Positions 16,651 through 27,324 are shown, counted from the stretch's first letter. The stretch: 64,000 bases of DNA from Octopus vulgaris (GCA_951406725.2 OX597831.1:14508001-14572000); one strand, 5' to 3'. Numbers and translations: made by a program. Notes: a model not told the origin generated them from the letters alone.

Positions 16651-17760
16651 TTAATTGTTTGTCGTAGACCCGTTAAGAAGTGGCTTGTATTTTGTAATAA
16701 AGAGATTTTCTTTACTTATTCGTTGTCTCGAGGTTGTATCGTCCCTAAATTGGTAGAGGGGGAAAATTCTGAAGTTTGGTGTTTTTTTGTTGGCGCAAGT
16801 ATCTATGTGTTGGCTAAAAGCTATTTTTCTGTTTTGGGGAATTTTTATCTGGGATCTGTGCAGGGCCATTCGTTTACGCAAACCATTTTTTGTTTGGCCT
16901 ATGTACTGCTCTTGACACCCGGAGCAGGTTAGTGAGTATATTAGGTTCTCCGAAGCACATGTGAAGTTGCTTTTCACTGTAAACCGTTGTCCCTGTTTGA
17001 AGGAGAACTCTGATCCCTCAATTAGATAGTCGCATATCCCGCAATTGGGTCTTCCACATTTTTTTACTGTCGGCTTCTGTGTTGAAGAGTGAATTCGGGC
17101 TTGTGTAAGGAGACTTTTCATGCATCTAGGCTGTCTTTTGCTTTTTATGATCGTGTGTGTTTGGAGGATTGTGTTCATTCTGTGGTCTTTTTTTAGGAGG
17201 GGTATGTTGTGGAGGATGGTGTCGAAGGCTTCGTTATTGAGAGGGTTGTGTGTGGAGATGTATGGTAAGGCTTTTGGTTGTAAGTTTTTCTTTGATTTGG
17301 GATGTCTCAGTTCCTTGATGTTAAGTTGAAGGGCACGTTGAATGCACTTGTCAATAAGTGAAGGTGGATAGTTCCTGGTGATTAGGGTATCTTTTAGTTC
17401 TTGTAGTCGTGTGTCTCTGGTGTTTGCGTTAGAGACTATAGTGCATATCCTTTTTGCTAGATTGAAGGGGATATTCATCCTGGTGTGTCTGGGGTGGCAT
17501 GAATTGAATGGAAGATATTGCTTAGAGTCTGTAGGCTTATAGTATATGTCTGTTTCTATTATATTATTAGCTTTCTTAATGAGGATATCGAGGAAGGGGA
17601 GTTGTTGTTGGCTATATTCCATCGTGAATTGGATGTTTACGTCCAGTCCGTTTAAAATTTTCTGGAATTCTATGAGTTTTTCTATATTTTTATGCCAAAG
17701 GATGAAACAGTCATCTAGATATCTCTTCCAGTTGTTTTCTATGTAGATGGAGAAAGGGTT
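16651..17760 (-). pseudogene. PLE polyprotein C-terminal part (RT palm/thumb, Cys linker, GIY-YIG endonuclease); frame uninterrupted but 5'-truncated
   Basis: The frame extends upstream of the listed Met as NPFSIYIENNWKRYLDDCFILW (YLDD at 17710-17721). Also LPFLDI, YKPTDSKQYL..SCHP, CGRPNCGIC and NLIYSLTCSGCQEQYIGQT..LRKRMALH. The Cys linker resembles Neptune/Naiad-type PLEs. Confidence 0.93.
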
Positions 17761-17814
17761 CTAGAAAGATATGGTTCTAGAAAGATAAGGTTCTAGAAAG
17801 ATATTTAATCGTTA

Positions 17815-17852
17815 CAGTTGAAAAGGTCTCAAAATGACCGAAACCGGTACTG
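17815..17852 (+). ncRNA. Minimal type I HHR in the inverted PLE terminus
   Basis: Same motif as 15903-15940, on the plus strand. Confidence 0.8.
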
Positions 17853-18023
17853 AAATGTTCACTATAAAATTATTTTAGCATTTTCTATTTTTGACTTGTT
17901 TTTTCATATATATCAACTCGTGTGTTCCTTTTCACCCTTATACATATATATATATATATGTATATATATATGTATATGTGTGTGTGTTTGTGTATGTGAG
18001 TGAGTGTGTGTGTGTGTGTGTGT

Positions 18024-18355
18024 AGGCTCAATGGCCCAGTGGTTAAGGCAGCGCATACGCGGTCGTAGGATTGTGGTCTCGATTCCCAGACCGAGCGTTG
18101 TGAGTTTTTATTGAGCGAAAACACCTAAAGCTCCACGAGGCTTCGGCAGGGGGTGGGGGGCGACCCTTGCTCTGCTCTTTCACCACAACTTTCTCTCACT
18201 CTTTCTTCCTGTTTCTGTTGTACCTGTATTTCAAAGGGCCAGCCATGTCACACTCTGTGTCACGCTGAACCTCCCCGAGAACTACGTTAAGGGTACACGT
18301 GTTCCGTTGATCGGATCAACTGGAACCCTCGTCGACGTAACCGACGGAGTACCAC
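18024..18355 (+). mobile_element. tRNA-derived SINE family C (second copy 33888-34160 with a different tail)
   Basis: tggcccagtggtta box A; shared gcgttgtgagt.tttattga.cgaaaacacctaaa and ctctttcaccac body. Confidence 0.75.
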
Positions 18356-19202
18356 GGCGATAGTTATATGTACATGTGTGTATATCTAAATGTATGGAAA
18401 CGTATATCTATCTATCTATATTTAAATACATGTATGTTTTATATGTGTGTGTATGTATGTATGCAAATGTGTGTGTGTGTGTGTGTGTGTGTGTACATAA
18501 TATGTAAATGTAATGTATACATCGTATTAATTAAGTAGTTTGCATTATGCAGAGAGGATTTAGTTAGAAACCTGCGAAGTATACTGTCTCGAACATTCGC
18601 CAGTTCTTTACGATGACAAAAAATATTTGAGATGAACAAGCTGTAGACACGAATTTATTGATTCGCAGACTGACGTTAGTGGATTGACGTCTAGTTTTGC
18701 TAATAGGACTGCCTTGTAGGTATACTTAGCAGAGTAAATAGATGTGACTATGGCTTATTTATCAACAAATATAACAGAAGAAGAAAGTTTGGTGTACAAA
18801 ATAGCAAGCTTATCTTCAGTTCGGTTTTCGTGTCTGTCTGCACACATGTTCGTGAATGTTAAGTAATGAGCGAAATAGTACGACAGCAAGTATAAGCGGA
18901 GATTCCACCGAACAATGCCTGGATTAATGTTACTGGATTAATATTACTGGTATGTAGCTCGGAGATTTGGGAGTTTCTCCAGATCGAGCCGACACTTCTT
19001 CGCCATTGAGAGGTCAAAGCTCTGACGTTATGGACATGCAGGCGCAGGAGTGGCTTTGTGGTATGTAGCTTGCTTAACAACCACATGGTTCTGGGTTCAG
19101 GGCTAGTGCGTGGCACCTGGGGCAAGTGTCTTCTACTACAGCCTCAGTCCGACCTTAGCCTTGTGAGTGGATTTGGTAGACGGAAACTGAAAGAAGCCCG
19201 TC

Positions 19203-19240
<38 letters not shown>

Positions 19241-19770
19241 GTGTCTGTATTTGTGCCTCCACCATCGCTTGGCAATCGATGCTGGTGTGTTCACGTCATA
19301 CCACACACACATACACAAATTTGTTCGACTAAAAGGCGGTGCTCAAGCATGGCCGCAGTCAAATGACAAACAAATAAAGATATATGATTAGAATGCCGTA
19401 GGAAAGAATCGCAAGACGGATTCTTCAAGCTGATCCCATCAGCGAAACTCTTCGGTGGAATTTGAACGCAGAACATAACGAGTTAGAAAAAACGCCACTA
19501 TGATATTTCTTTATTGCCCACAGGGGACAAACATGGACAGAAAAGTCTGTCCTTAATTACATTGACCCCAGTGCGTGACTGGTACTTAATTTATCGATCC
19601 CGTGACTGGTACTTAATTTATCGCAAAGAATACCTTGCAATATTTTTCCGAACCTCTGTAACCAGAGTTCTAATCACACCGCAATCGACTTTGCAGTTTC
19701 CATATTTGTGAGGTCTGTAAAGTACGAACACATTTTTCCACCACCAAAAAATGTTTCTAAAGCAATCCAT

Positions 19771-19822
<52 letters not shown>

Positions 19823-19834
19823 TGTATGTATTTG

Positions 19835-20100
19835 GTTTGCAAGATTCCTTAAGTGAATTCGTGTGTTGAAGCATATTTTATTGTGTCTGGGGAGAGCCAT
19901 TTTCTTTTTGTGCCTTATCATTTAACACACTCACCGGTTCGATTTCCACTCATTTAGTTATTTATTTTTTCTAAAATTTTCGTTGCACTTTACAACCTTT
20001 CCAATAATCAACGATTATTGAATAGGTTGTGAGGCACAACGGTAAGTATGTTCAATAACAATGGACTAAAAGAGAATGACTCTCCCTAGACACAGGTAGA
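19835..20100. mobile_element. Degenerate second copy of the 7310-7570 family, also with an internal inversion
   Basis: Shares ctaaaattttcgttg, aaaagagaatgactctc and tttgcaagatt segments; inversion centred near 20010. Confidence 0.55.
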
Positions 20101-21183
20101 ATTGTTAGCCTACTGTGCAAAATGCTTACCGGAATTTCTTCCGTCCTTACGTTCTGAGTTCCAAATCAGCCGAGGTTGATTTCGCCATCCATCCTTTCGG
20201 GATCACATTGAGGTAGATGTAATCGACTAGTTCTCTTCCCGCCAAATTTCAGGCCTTCTGCCTATAGCAGAAACAATATAGCCCGTCCCCACCTCCCCAA
20301 TTTCACTTACTCTCTCTGGCGGGATACATATATAACTACGTTTTGGATATGTGTAGGAAAAGATTATTTTTCATCGTAATAAACAGATTCCACCGCAAAG
20401 CATAAATTTCGGTACTTTATGACATTAAAAAAACATATCTCAAACAAATCACTTTGTGTCCCATATGCGAGGTGGGTCCTACATTTTATGCTTCTATACA
20501 CAAAATGTTTCACCCCGTTACATATACGATACTGAAATTGGGGAGCATCTAATACGCCTGTGCGCCATGTATGCCCTCAGATACGGTATTCATTATCTTA
20601 CCGTTCCCCCTCTCTCTCTCTCACTGTCTCTCTCTCGTTCTCGCTGATTCGAGGATTTTACTCCATCGAAACAGTCGTAGGAAACCACATATATTCTTGT
20701 TTATAAAAACGAAGAATAGACTGAGATGCTAATAGCCTCTTCTTATAGACAATCTGAGATGTTAATGATACCATCGAAAAACGGAGAGATGTGCCGCAGA
20801 ACACGGACTGGATATAAATAAATAAAATTATGCATGCGTTTATAATTTCAATGAGGTTTTTTTTTCTTCTTATTTCATTTGTTAACTTCAATATAGGTTT
20901 GTCTTCAAACATTATGCTGCATCGGGTTGCAGCCATTTATGGCCAATATCGAGCTAAAAAGGCAACAGGCAATTCATTTCATATTTTTGGTATAGAATTT
21001 TATTTTCTATTTTATGTTTTGTTATTCATTTTTTGTGATAGAAACGTCGAACACAGAGACGAATGCCAGCGTATTGTTATACTGCGAGAAAGAGAAGGGG
21101 CTGGCACAAACACACATTAATCAATAAATATACAATATACACATAACTTACTGCGCGTATATATACATACACACACACACACA

Positions 21184-21280
<97 letters not shown>

Positions 21281-21459
21281 GTTGGATTTTACTCATAAGG
21301 TATTGGAATCTTATATGTATACCATTCTGCCTAAAAAAATGGATCTACAAATGCAATATCCTTACATATCTCACATCTATTTTCTTTTTATTTACTCTAC
21401 CTCACTCTCTATTTTATATCTTATCTAAATTAACTATTGCTTAACCATCTTCTCACACC

Positions 21460-21507
21460 GTCTCCGATGAAAAGATATAATAAATATCCTGGAAACAGCT
21501 GTAAGAC
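21460..21507 (+). ncRNA. Type I HHR motif inside a roughly 300-bp insert (21281-21580) between TA repeats
   Basis: GTCT-CCGATGA-aaaGATAT aataa ATATCctg-GAAA-CAGCTG-TA-AGAC. Confidence 0.75.
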
Positions 21508-21590
21508 CTTCTATTTATAAATGTTCTAAAATCTACACAGCCTTCATTTTTTTTTATCTCATTACGAAAAAGAAATTTTTTTATATATAT

Positions 21591-21674
<84 letters not shown>

Positions 21675-22163
21675 ATAGATATATATATATATAACCCAGA
21701 GCCTCGGAAGTAGTAACTAGTCAAACGAGGGGTAATGCGCTAGCTACTCGTCTGGCCAAAGAGCTCTCATTTGATTAAGGGATCTTTGGCCCGAAGTTTA
21801 GCCAGTAGATTTCCCCTCGTTTAAGTAATTACTACTTCCGAGGTTCTGTTAGCTATGAAACATATGTAGCCTGAATTTTATCAACACCGTTCCCTAATTT
21901 TGGATTTTTATTTTCATAAACGGGAACCATAAAGTAACTTTTTTTTTAGCTTCTCGAAATTCGATATAGGAAAAAATTTACAACCTTCTACGTAATTAAA
22001 CCTCAACCTGAAAGTTGCTTTTGTTATACCTCCTACGGACTGCTCGAAGCTTAATAATTTTCTACATTCATCCTTGGGGCTTACCTTAGCACATTCATAC
22101 CCCGCCCCTTATAACAAATATTCATCTATGTGAATATGTGTGTATGAATATATATATATATGT

Positions 22164-22218
<55 letters not shown>

Positions 22219-22424
22219 ATTCTCTAAAATGAATATAGACAGTAACTGCTCGACAACATAAGGGACTAAAGCCATCTGAATATGGCTAGGGACAGGGCAG
22301 GGTGGTGGGGGTGTTACTGTTGCATTTAGCCCCAGGCGAACATCGACGTCACCAGAAAGGCTCGACACCGTCACGGTGCCCTAAACCTGCAAAGGGAGGT
22401 AATTCCCCGATGAAGCGGAAACCA

Positions 22425-22470
22425 CACACGGACCATGGTTTCAAGGTGTATTGCCTATCATCGGCGTGTG
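22425..22470 (-). ncRNA. Type I hammerhead ribozyme motif in the inverted monomer
   Basis: Exact reverse complement of 22946-22991. Confidence 0.85.
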
Positions 22471-22945
22471 GTAGGCCTCCGCTTCCTCGACGAATTCTCT
22501 CTCTGCAGGATTTTCTTATATAGATTTTCAAGCAAAATAAATTTGCTGATTTCGAAAATCTGTTCGAAAGCAATAATAATTCTCTAAAATGAATATAGAC
22601 AGTAACTGCTCGACAACATAAGGGACTAAAGCCATCTGAATATGGCTAGGGAATTACCTCCCTTTGCAGGTTTAGGGCACCGTGACGGTGTCGAGCCTTT
22701 CTGGTGACGTCGATGTTCGCCTGGGGCTAAATGCAACAGTAACACCCCCACCACCCTGCCCTGTCCCTAGCCATATTCAGATGGCTTTAGTCCCTTATGT
22801 TGTCGAGCAGTTACTGTCTATATTCATTTTAGAGAATTATTATTGCTTTCGAACAGATTTTCGAAATCAGCAAATTTATTTTGCTTGAAAATCTATATAA
22901 GAAAATCCTGCAGAGAGAGAATTCGTCGAGGAAGCGGAGGCCTAC

Positions 22946-22991
22946 CACACGCCGATGATAGGCAATACACCTTGAAACCATGGTCCGTGTG
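22946..22991 (+). ncRNA. Type I hammerhead ribozyme motif (first direct copy; also 23306-23351, 23666-23711, 24026-24071, 24386-24431, 24746-24791, 25106-25151)
   Basis: Stem I CACACG/CGTGTG; core CCGATGA (U4C variant of CUGAUGA); stem II AGG-caataca-CCT; GAAA; palindromic stem III CCATGG; predicted GUC cleavage after 22985. Confidence 0.85.
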
Positions 22992-25320
22992 TGGTTTCCG
23001 CTTCATCGGGGAATTACCTCCCTTTGCAGGTTTAGGGCACCGTGACGGTGTCGAGCCTTTCTGGTGACGTCGATGTTCGCCTGGGGCTAAATGCAACAGT
23101 AACACCCCCACCACCCTGCCCTGTCCCTAGCCATATTCAGATGGCTTTAGTCCCTTATGTTGTCGAGCAGTTACTGTCTATATTCATTTTAGAGAATTAT
23201 TATTGCTTTCGAACAGATTTTCGAAATCAGCAAATTTATTTTGCTTGAAAATCTATATAAGAAAATCCTGCAGAGAGAGAATTCGTCGAGGAAGCGGAGG
23301 CCTACCACACGCCGATGATAGGCAATACACCTTGAAACCATGGTCCGTGTGTGGTTTCCGCTTCATCGGGGAATTACCTCCCTTTGCAGGTTTAGGGCAC
23401 CGTGACGGTGTCGAGCCTTTCTGGTGACGTCGATGTTCGCCTGGGGCTAAATGCAACAGTAACACCCCCACCACCCTGCCCTGTCCCTAGCCATATTCAG
23501 ATGGCTTTAGTCCCTTATGTTGTCGAGCAGTTACTGTCTATATTCATTTTAGAGAATTATTATTGCTTTCGAACAGATTTTCGAAATCAGCAAATTTATT
23601 TTGCTTGAAAATCTATATAAGAAAATCCTGCAGAGAGAGAATTCGTCGAGGAAGCGGAGGCCTACCACACGCCGATGATAGGCAATACACCTTGAAACCA
23701 TGGTCCGTGTGTGGTTTCCGCTTCATCGGGGAATTACCTCCCTTTGCAGGTTTAGGGCACCGTGACGGTGTCGAGCCTTTCTGGTGACGTCGATGTTCGC
23801 CTGGGGCTAAATGCAACAGTAACACCCCCACCACCCTGCCCTGTCCCTAGCCATATTCAGATGGCTTTAGTCCCTTATGTTGTCGAGCAGTTACTGTCTA
23901 TATTCATTTTAGAGAATTATTATTGCTTTCGAACAGATTTTCGAAATCAGCAAATTTATTTTGCTTGAAAATCTATATAAGAAAATCCTGCAGAGAGAGA
24001 ATTCGTCGAGGAAGCGGAGGCCTACCACACGCCGATGATAGGCAATACACCTTGAAACCATGGTCCGTGTGTGGTTTCCGCTTCATCGGGGAATTACCTC
24101 CCTTTGCAGGTTTAGGGCACCGTGACGGTGTCGAGCCTTTCTGGTGACGTCGATGTTCGCCTGGGGCTAAATGCAACAGTAACACCCCCACCACCCTGCC
24201 CTGTCCCTAGCCATATTCAGATGGCTTTAGTCCCTTATGTTGTCGAGCAGTTACTGTCTATATTCATTTTAGAGAATTATTATTGCTTTCGAACAGATTT
24301 TCGAAATCAGCAAATTTATTTTGCTTGAAAATCTATATAAGAAAATCCTGCAGAGAGAGAATTCGTCGAGGAAGCGGAGGCCTACCACACGCCGATGATA
24401 GGCAATACACCTTGAAACCATGGTCCGTGTGTGGTTTCCGCTTCATCGGGGAATTACCTCCCTTTGCAGGTTTAGGGCACCGTGACGGTGTCGAGCCTTT
24501 CTGGTGACGTCGATGTTCGCCTGGGGCTAAATGCAACAGTAACACCCCCACCACCCTGCCCTGTCCCTAGCCATATTCAGATGGCTTTAGTCCCTTATGT
24601 TGTCGAGCAGTTACTGTCTATATTCATTTTAGAGAATTATTATTGCTTTCGAACAGATTTTCGAAATCAGCAAATTTATTTTGCTTGAAAATCTATATAA
24701 GAAAATCCTGCAGAGAGAGAATTCGTCGAGGAAGCGGAGGCCTACCACACGCCGATGATAGGCAATACACCTTGAAACCATGGTCCGTGTGTGGTTTCCG
24801 CTTCATCGGGGAATTACCTCCCTTTGCAGGTTTAGGGCACCGTGACGGTGTCGAGCCTTTCTGGTGACGTCGATGTTCGCCTGGGGCTAAATGCAACAGT
24901 AACACCCCCACCACCCTGCCCTGTCCCTAGCCATATTCAGATGGCTTTAGTCCCTTATGTTGTCGAGCAGTTACTGTCTATATTCATTTTAGAGAATTAT
25001 TATTGCTTTCGAACAGATTTTCGAAATCAGCAAATTTATTTTGCTTGAAAATCTATATAAGAAAATCCTGCAGAGAGAGAATTCGTCGAGGAAGCGGAGG
25101 CCTACCACACGCCGATGATAGGCAATACACCTTGAAACCATGGTCCGTGTGTGGTTTCCGCTTCATCGGGGAATTACCTCCCTTTGCAGGTTTAGGGCAC
25201 CGTGACGGTGTCGAGCCTTTCTGGTGACGTCGATGTTCGCCTGGGGCTAAATGCAACAGTAACACCCCCACCACCCTGCCCTGTCCCTAGCCATATTCAG
25301 ATGGCTTTAGTCCCTTATGT

Positions 25321-25358
<38 letters not shown>

Positions 25359-25375
25359 CATACATATATATATAT

Positions 25376-25420
<45 letters not shown>

Positions 25421-25422
<2 letters not shown>

Positions 25423-25591
25423 CGCAGGAGTGGCTGTGTGGTAAGTAGCTTGCTAACCAACCACATGGTTCTGGGTTCAATCCCACTGCGTGGCATCTTG
25501 GGCAAGTGTCTTCTGCTATAGCCCCGGGCCGACCAATGCTTTGTGAGTGGATTTGGTAGACGGAAACTGAGAGAAGCCTGTCGTATATATG

Positions 25592-25622
<31 letters not shown>

Positions 25623-25850
25623 TTGTGTGTCTGTGTTTGTCCCCCTAGCATTGCTTGACAACCGATGCTGGTGTGTGTTTACGTCCCCGTCACTTAGCGG
25701 TTCGGCAAAAGAGACCGATAGAATAAGTACTGGGCTTACAAAGAATAAGTCCCGGGGTCGATTTGCTCGACTAAAGGCGGTGCTCCAGCATGGCCGCAGT
25801 CAAATGACTGAAACAAGTAAAAGAGAGTAAAAGAGTAAAAGAGTAAAGAG
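25421..25850 (+). mobile_element. tRNA-derived SINE, family A (representative full copy)
   Basis: Box A (tggctgtgtggt) and box B (ggttcaatccc), internal TA/TG microsatellite, (gagtaaaa)n tail. Other full or partial copies, approximate: 500-910-, 3155-3322-, 4610-5155+, 7150-7310-, 8070-8580+, 13300-13930-, 19040-19380+, 26740-27170+, 30400-30655-, 32290-32460+, 32490-32860-, 37665-37900+, 41265-41605-, 43395-43535-, 52885-53310+, 56915-57320-, 60435-60598-. Confidence 0.88.
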
Positions 25851-25856
25851 TATATA

Positions 25857-26703
25857 GTGGTTCTTGTGTCGTCTCTGTGGCGTTTCATGTTCTTGTCCAT
25901 GTCTGTAATTATTTTTACTGTTTACCTATATAATCGGCGGCTACGTATCCACAATTGTCCTTATACGATAAGTATATTTTTTTCTCAAGCATTGATACGA
26001 CTCTTAATCTTTCTTTCTCTCTCTCTCTCCTCCCTTATTCCCCCTCCTTTCTTTCCCTCTCCATCCGTTTCCCCCCCCTTCTACGTTTCTCTATCTCTCT
26101 CACCTCCAGCCCCCTCGATCTGTCTCTTTCTTCTCCTCCCTCGTCCACCTTCTCTCTCTTTTCATCTGTCCCTTTCTCTTGTCTTTTGTTCTCACGTGAC
26201 CGCTGACCGCTGTTGAGCGCTCTTTTCGTTCCAGCAGCCGTTGAAGCAACACGTACTTGTTCGTCTCCCTGTGGCCATTAGGCACAACTTCATAAGCCAG
26301 CCCCATGCTCAATTCGTCCTGTCGAAAGACCCTTGTCCTACGTCCTGGTTTTGTTTTGTTGTTTATTTTTTATACTTTATTTTTACCGTTATTGTTTTTA
26401 CGTTTTTGTATTCTTATTGTTGTCACGTATTCTGTATTTTTGTTCGTGTACTTCGTTCGTTTTCCGTCCTCGTGTTGTATACATTCGAAGCTTTCTTCCA
26501 GGGGATCTAATGCACTTGGCTTAGATTTCCCGTGGCGGGCTGCCCATATCGGAGCAATCTCAAGATTAATCAGCCGAAATTGCTAAGATGATCTGGTTCT
26601 TGACTGATGACTGAGGGCTTCGAATGTCCCGTCCTGTGGTTCTTGTGTCGTCTCTGTGGCGTTTCATGTTCTTGTCCATGTCTGTAATTATTTTTACTGT
26701 TTA

Positions 26704-26710
<7 letters not shown>
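25857..26710. mobile_element. Non-coding insert bounded by identical direct repeats of about 75 bp (25857-25931 and 26636-26710)
   Basis: gtggttcttgtgtcgtctctgtggcg..tttactgtttacctatat occurs at both ends; TA flanks. Confidence 0.65.
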
Positions 26711-26741
<31 letters not shown>

Positions 26742-26910
26742 TGCAGGAGTGGCTATGTGGTAAGAAGCTTGCTTACCAAGCACATGGTTCTGGGTTCAGT
26801 CCCACTGCATGCCAACTTGAGCAAATGTCTTCTACTATAGCCTCGGACCGACCAAAAACTTGTGAGTGGATTTGGTAGACGGAAACTGAAAGAAGCCTGT
26901 CGTATATATG

Positions 26911-26966
<56 letters not shown>

Positions 26967-27274
26967 TGTGTTTGTCCTCCCACCATCGCTTGACAACCGA
27001 TGCTGCTGTGTTTACGTCCCCATAACTAGCGGTTCGGCATAAGAGACCGATAGAATAAGTACTAGGCTTAGAAAGAATAAGTCCTAGGGTCGATTTGCTC
27101 GACTAAAGGCGGTGCTCCAGCATGGCCACAGTCAAATGATTGAAACAAGCATAAAAGTAAAAAGTAAAAGTATATATATAAAGTTTAAATAATCAGAAAA
27201 TGGGGAAAAGTTTTGATCAATAAACAAAGGAACTGGACCACATCAGTTAATACGGATATTCGTATCGATTAGTC

Positions 27275-27324
<50 letters not shown>

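Larger units (their letters stand above)
15845..17912 (-). mobile_element. Penelope-like retroelement, 5'-truncated, with an inverted copy of its 3' terminus
   Basis: RT/GIY-YIG ORF fragment inside. About 110-bp inverted repeats at 15845-15953 and 17802-17912, each with an HHR motif. TA-repeat flanks. Confidence 0.92.
22213..25321 (+). mobile_element. Retrozyme-like tandem array of a 360-bp hammerhead-containing monomer (about 7.4 direct copies 22649-25321; about 1.2 inverted copies 22213-22652)
   Basis: Exact 360-bp period: identical sequence lines and ORF-track entries recur every 360 bp. The inverted block joins through a GGGA microhomology (22649-22652). Both outer ends abut (TA)n. One HHR motif per unit and no credible ORF. 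Confidence 0.85.

Noticed and set aside
15845-17912. DNA transposon suggested by terminal inverted repeats
   Set aside because: The interior encodes RT and GIY-YIG; the inverted repeat is a duplicated PLE 3' terminus.
22213-25321. CRISPR array, 5S/tRNA/snRNA gene cluster or ordinary satellite
   Set aside because: There are no variable spacers and no recognisable 5S, tRNA or snRNA sequence. The per-unit ribozyme motif, inversion and TA flanks argue against a plain satellite.
22682-25444. Repeated 68/73/74-aa ORFs in the 360-bp unit
   Set aside because: They are short, start at non-ATG codons, overlap on both strands and show no recognisable motifs; RNA structure explains the sequence better.
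25421-25495. tRNA genes (here and at other SINE heads such as 18024, 28590 and 33888)
   Set aside because: A/B boxes run directly into repeated SINE bodies, with no complete cloverleaf.
26604-26632. Plus-strand CTGATGA as a hammerhead core
   Set aside because: It is followed by GAAT rather than GAAA, with no consistent stems.
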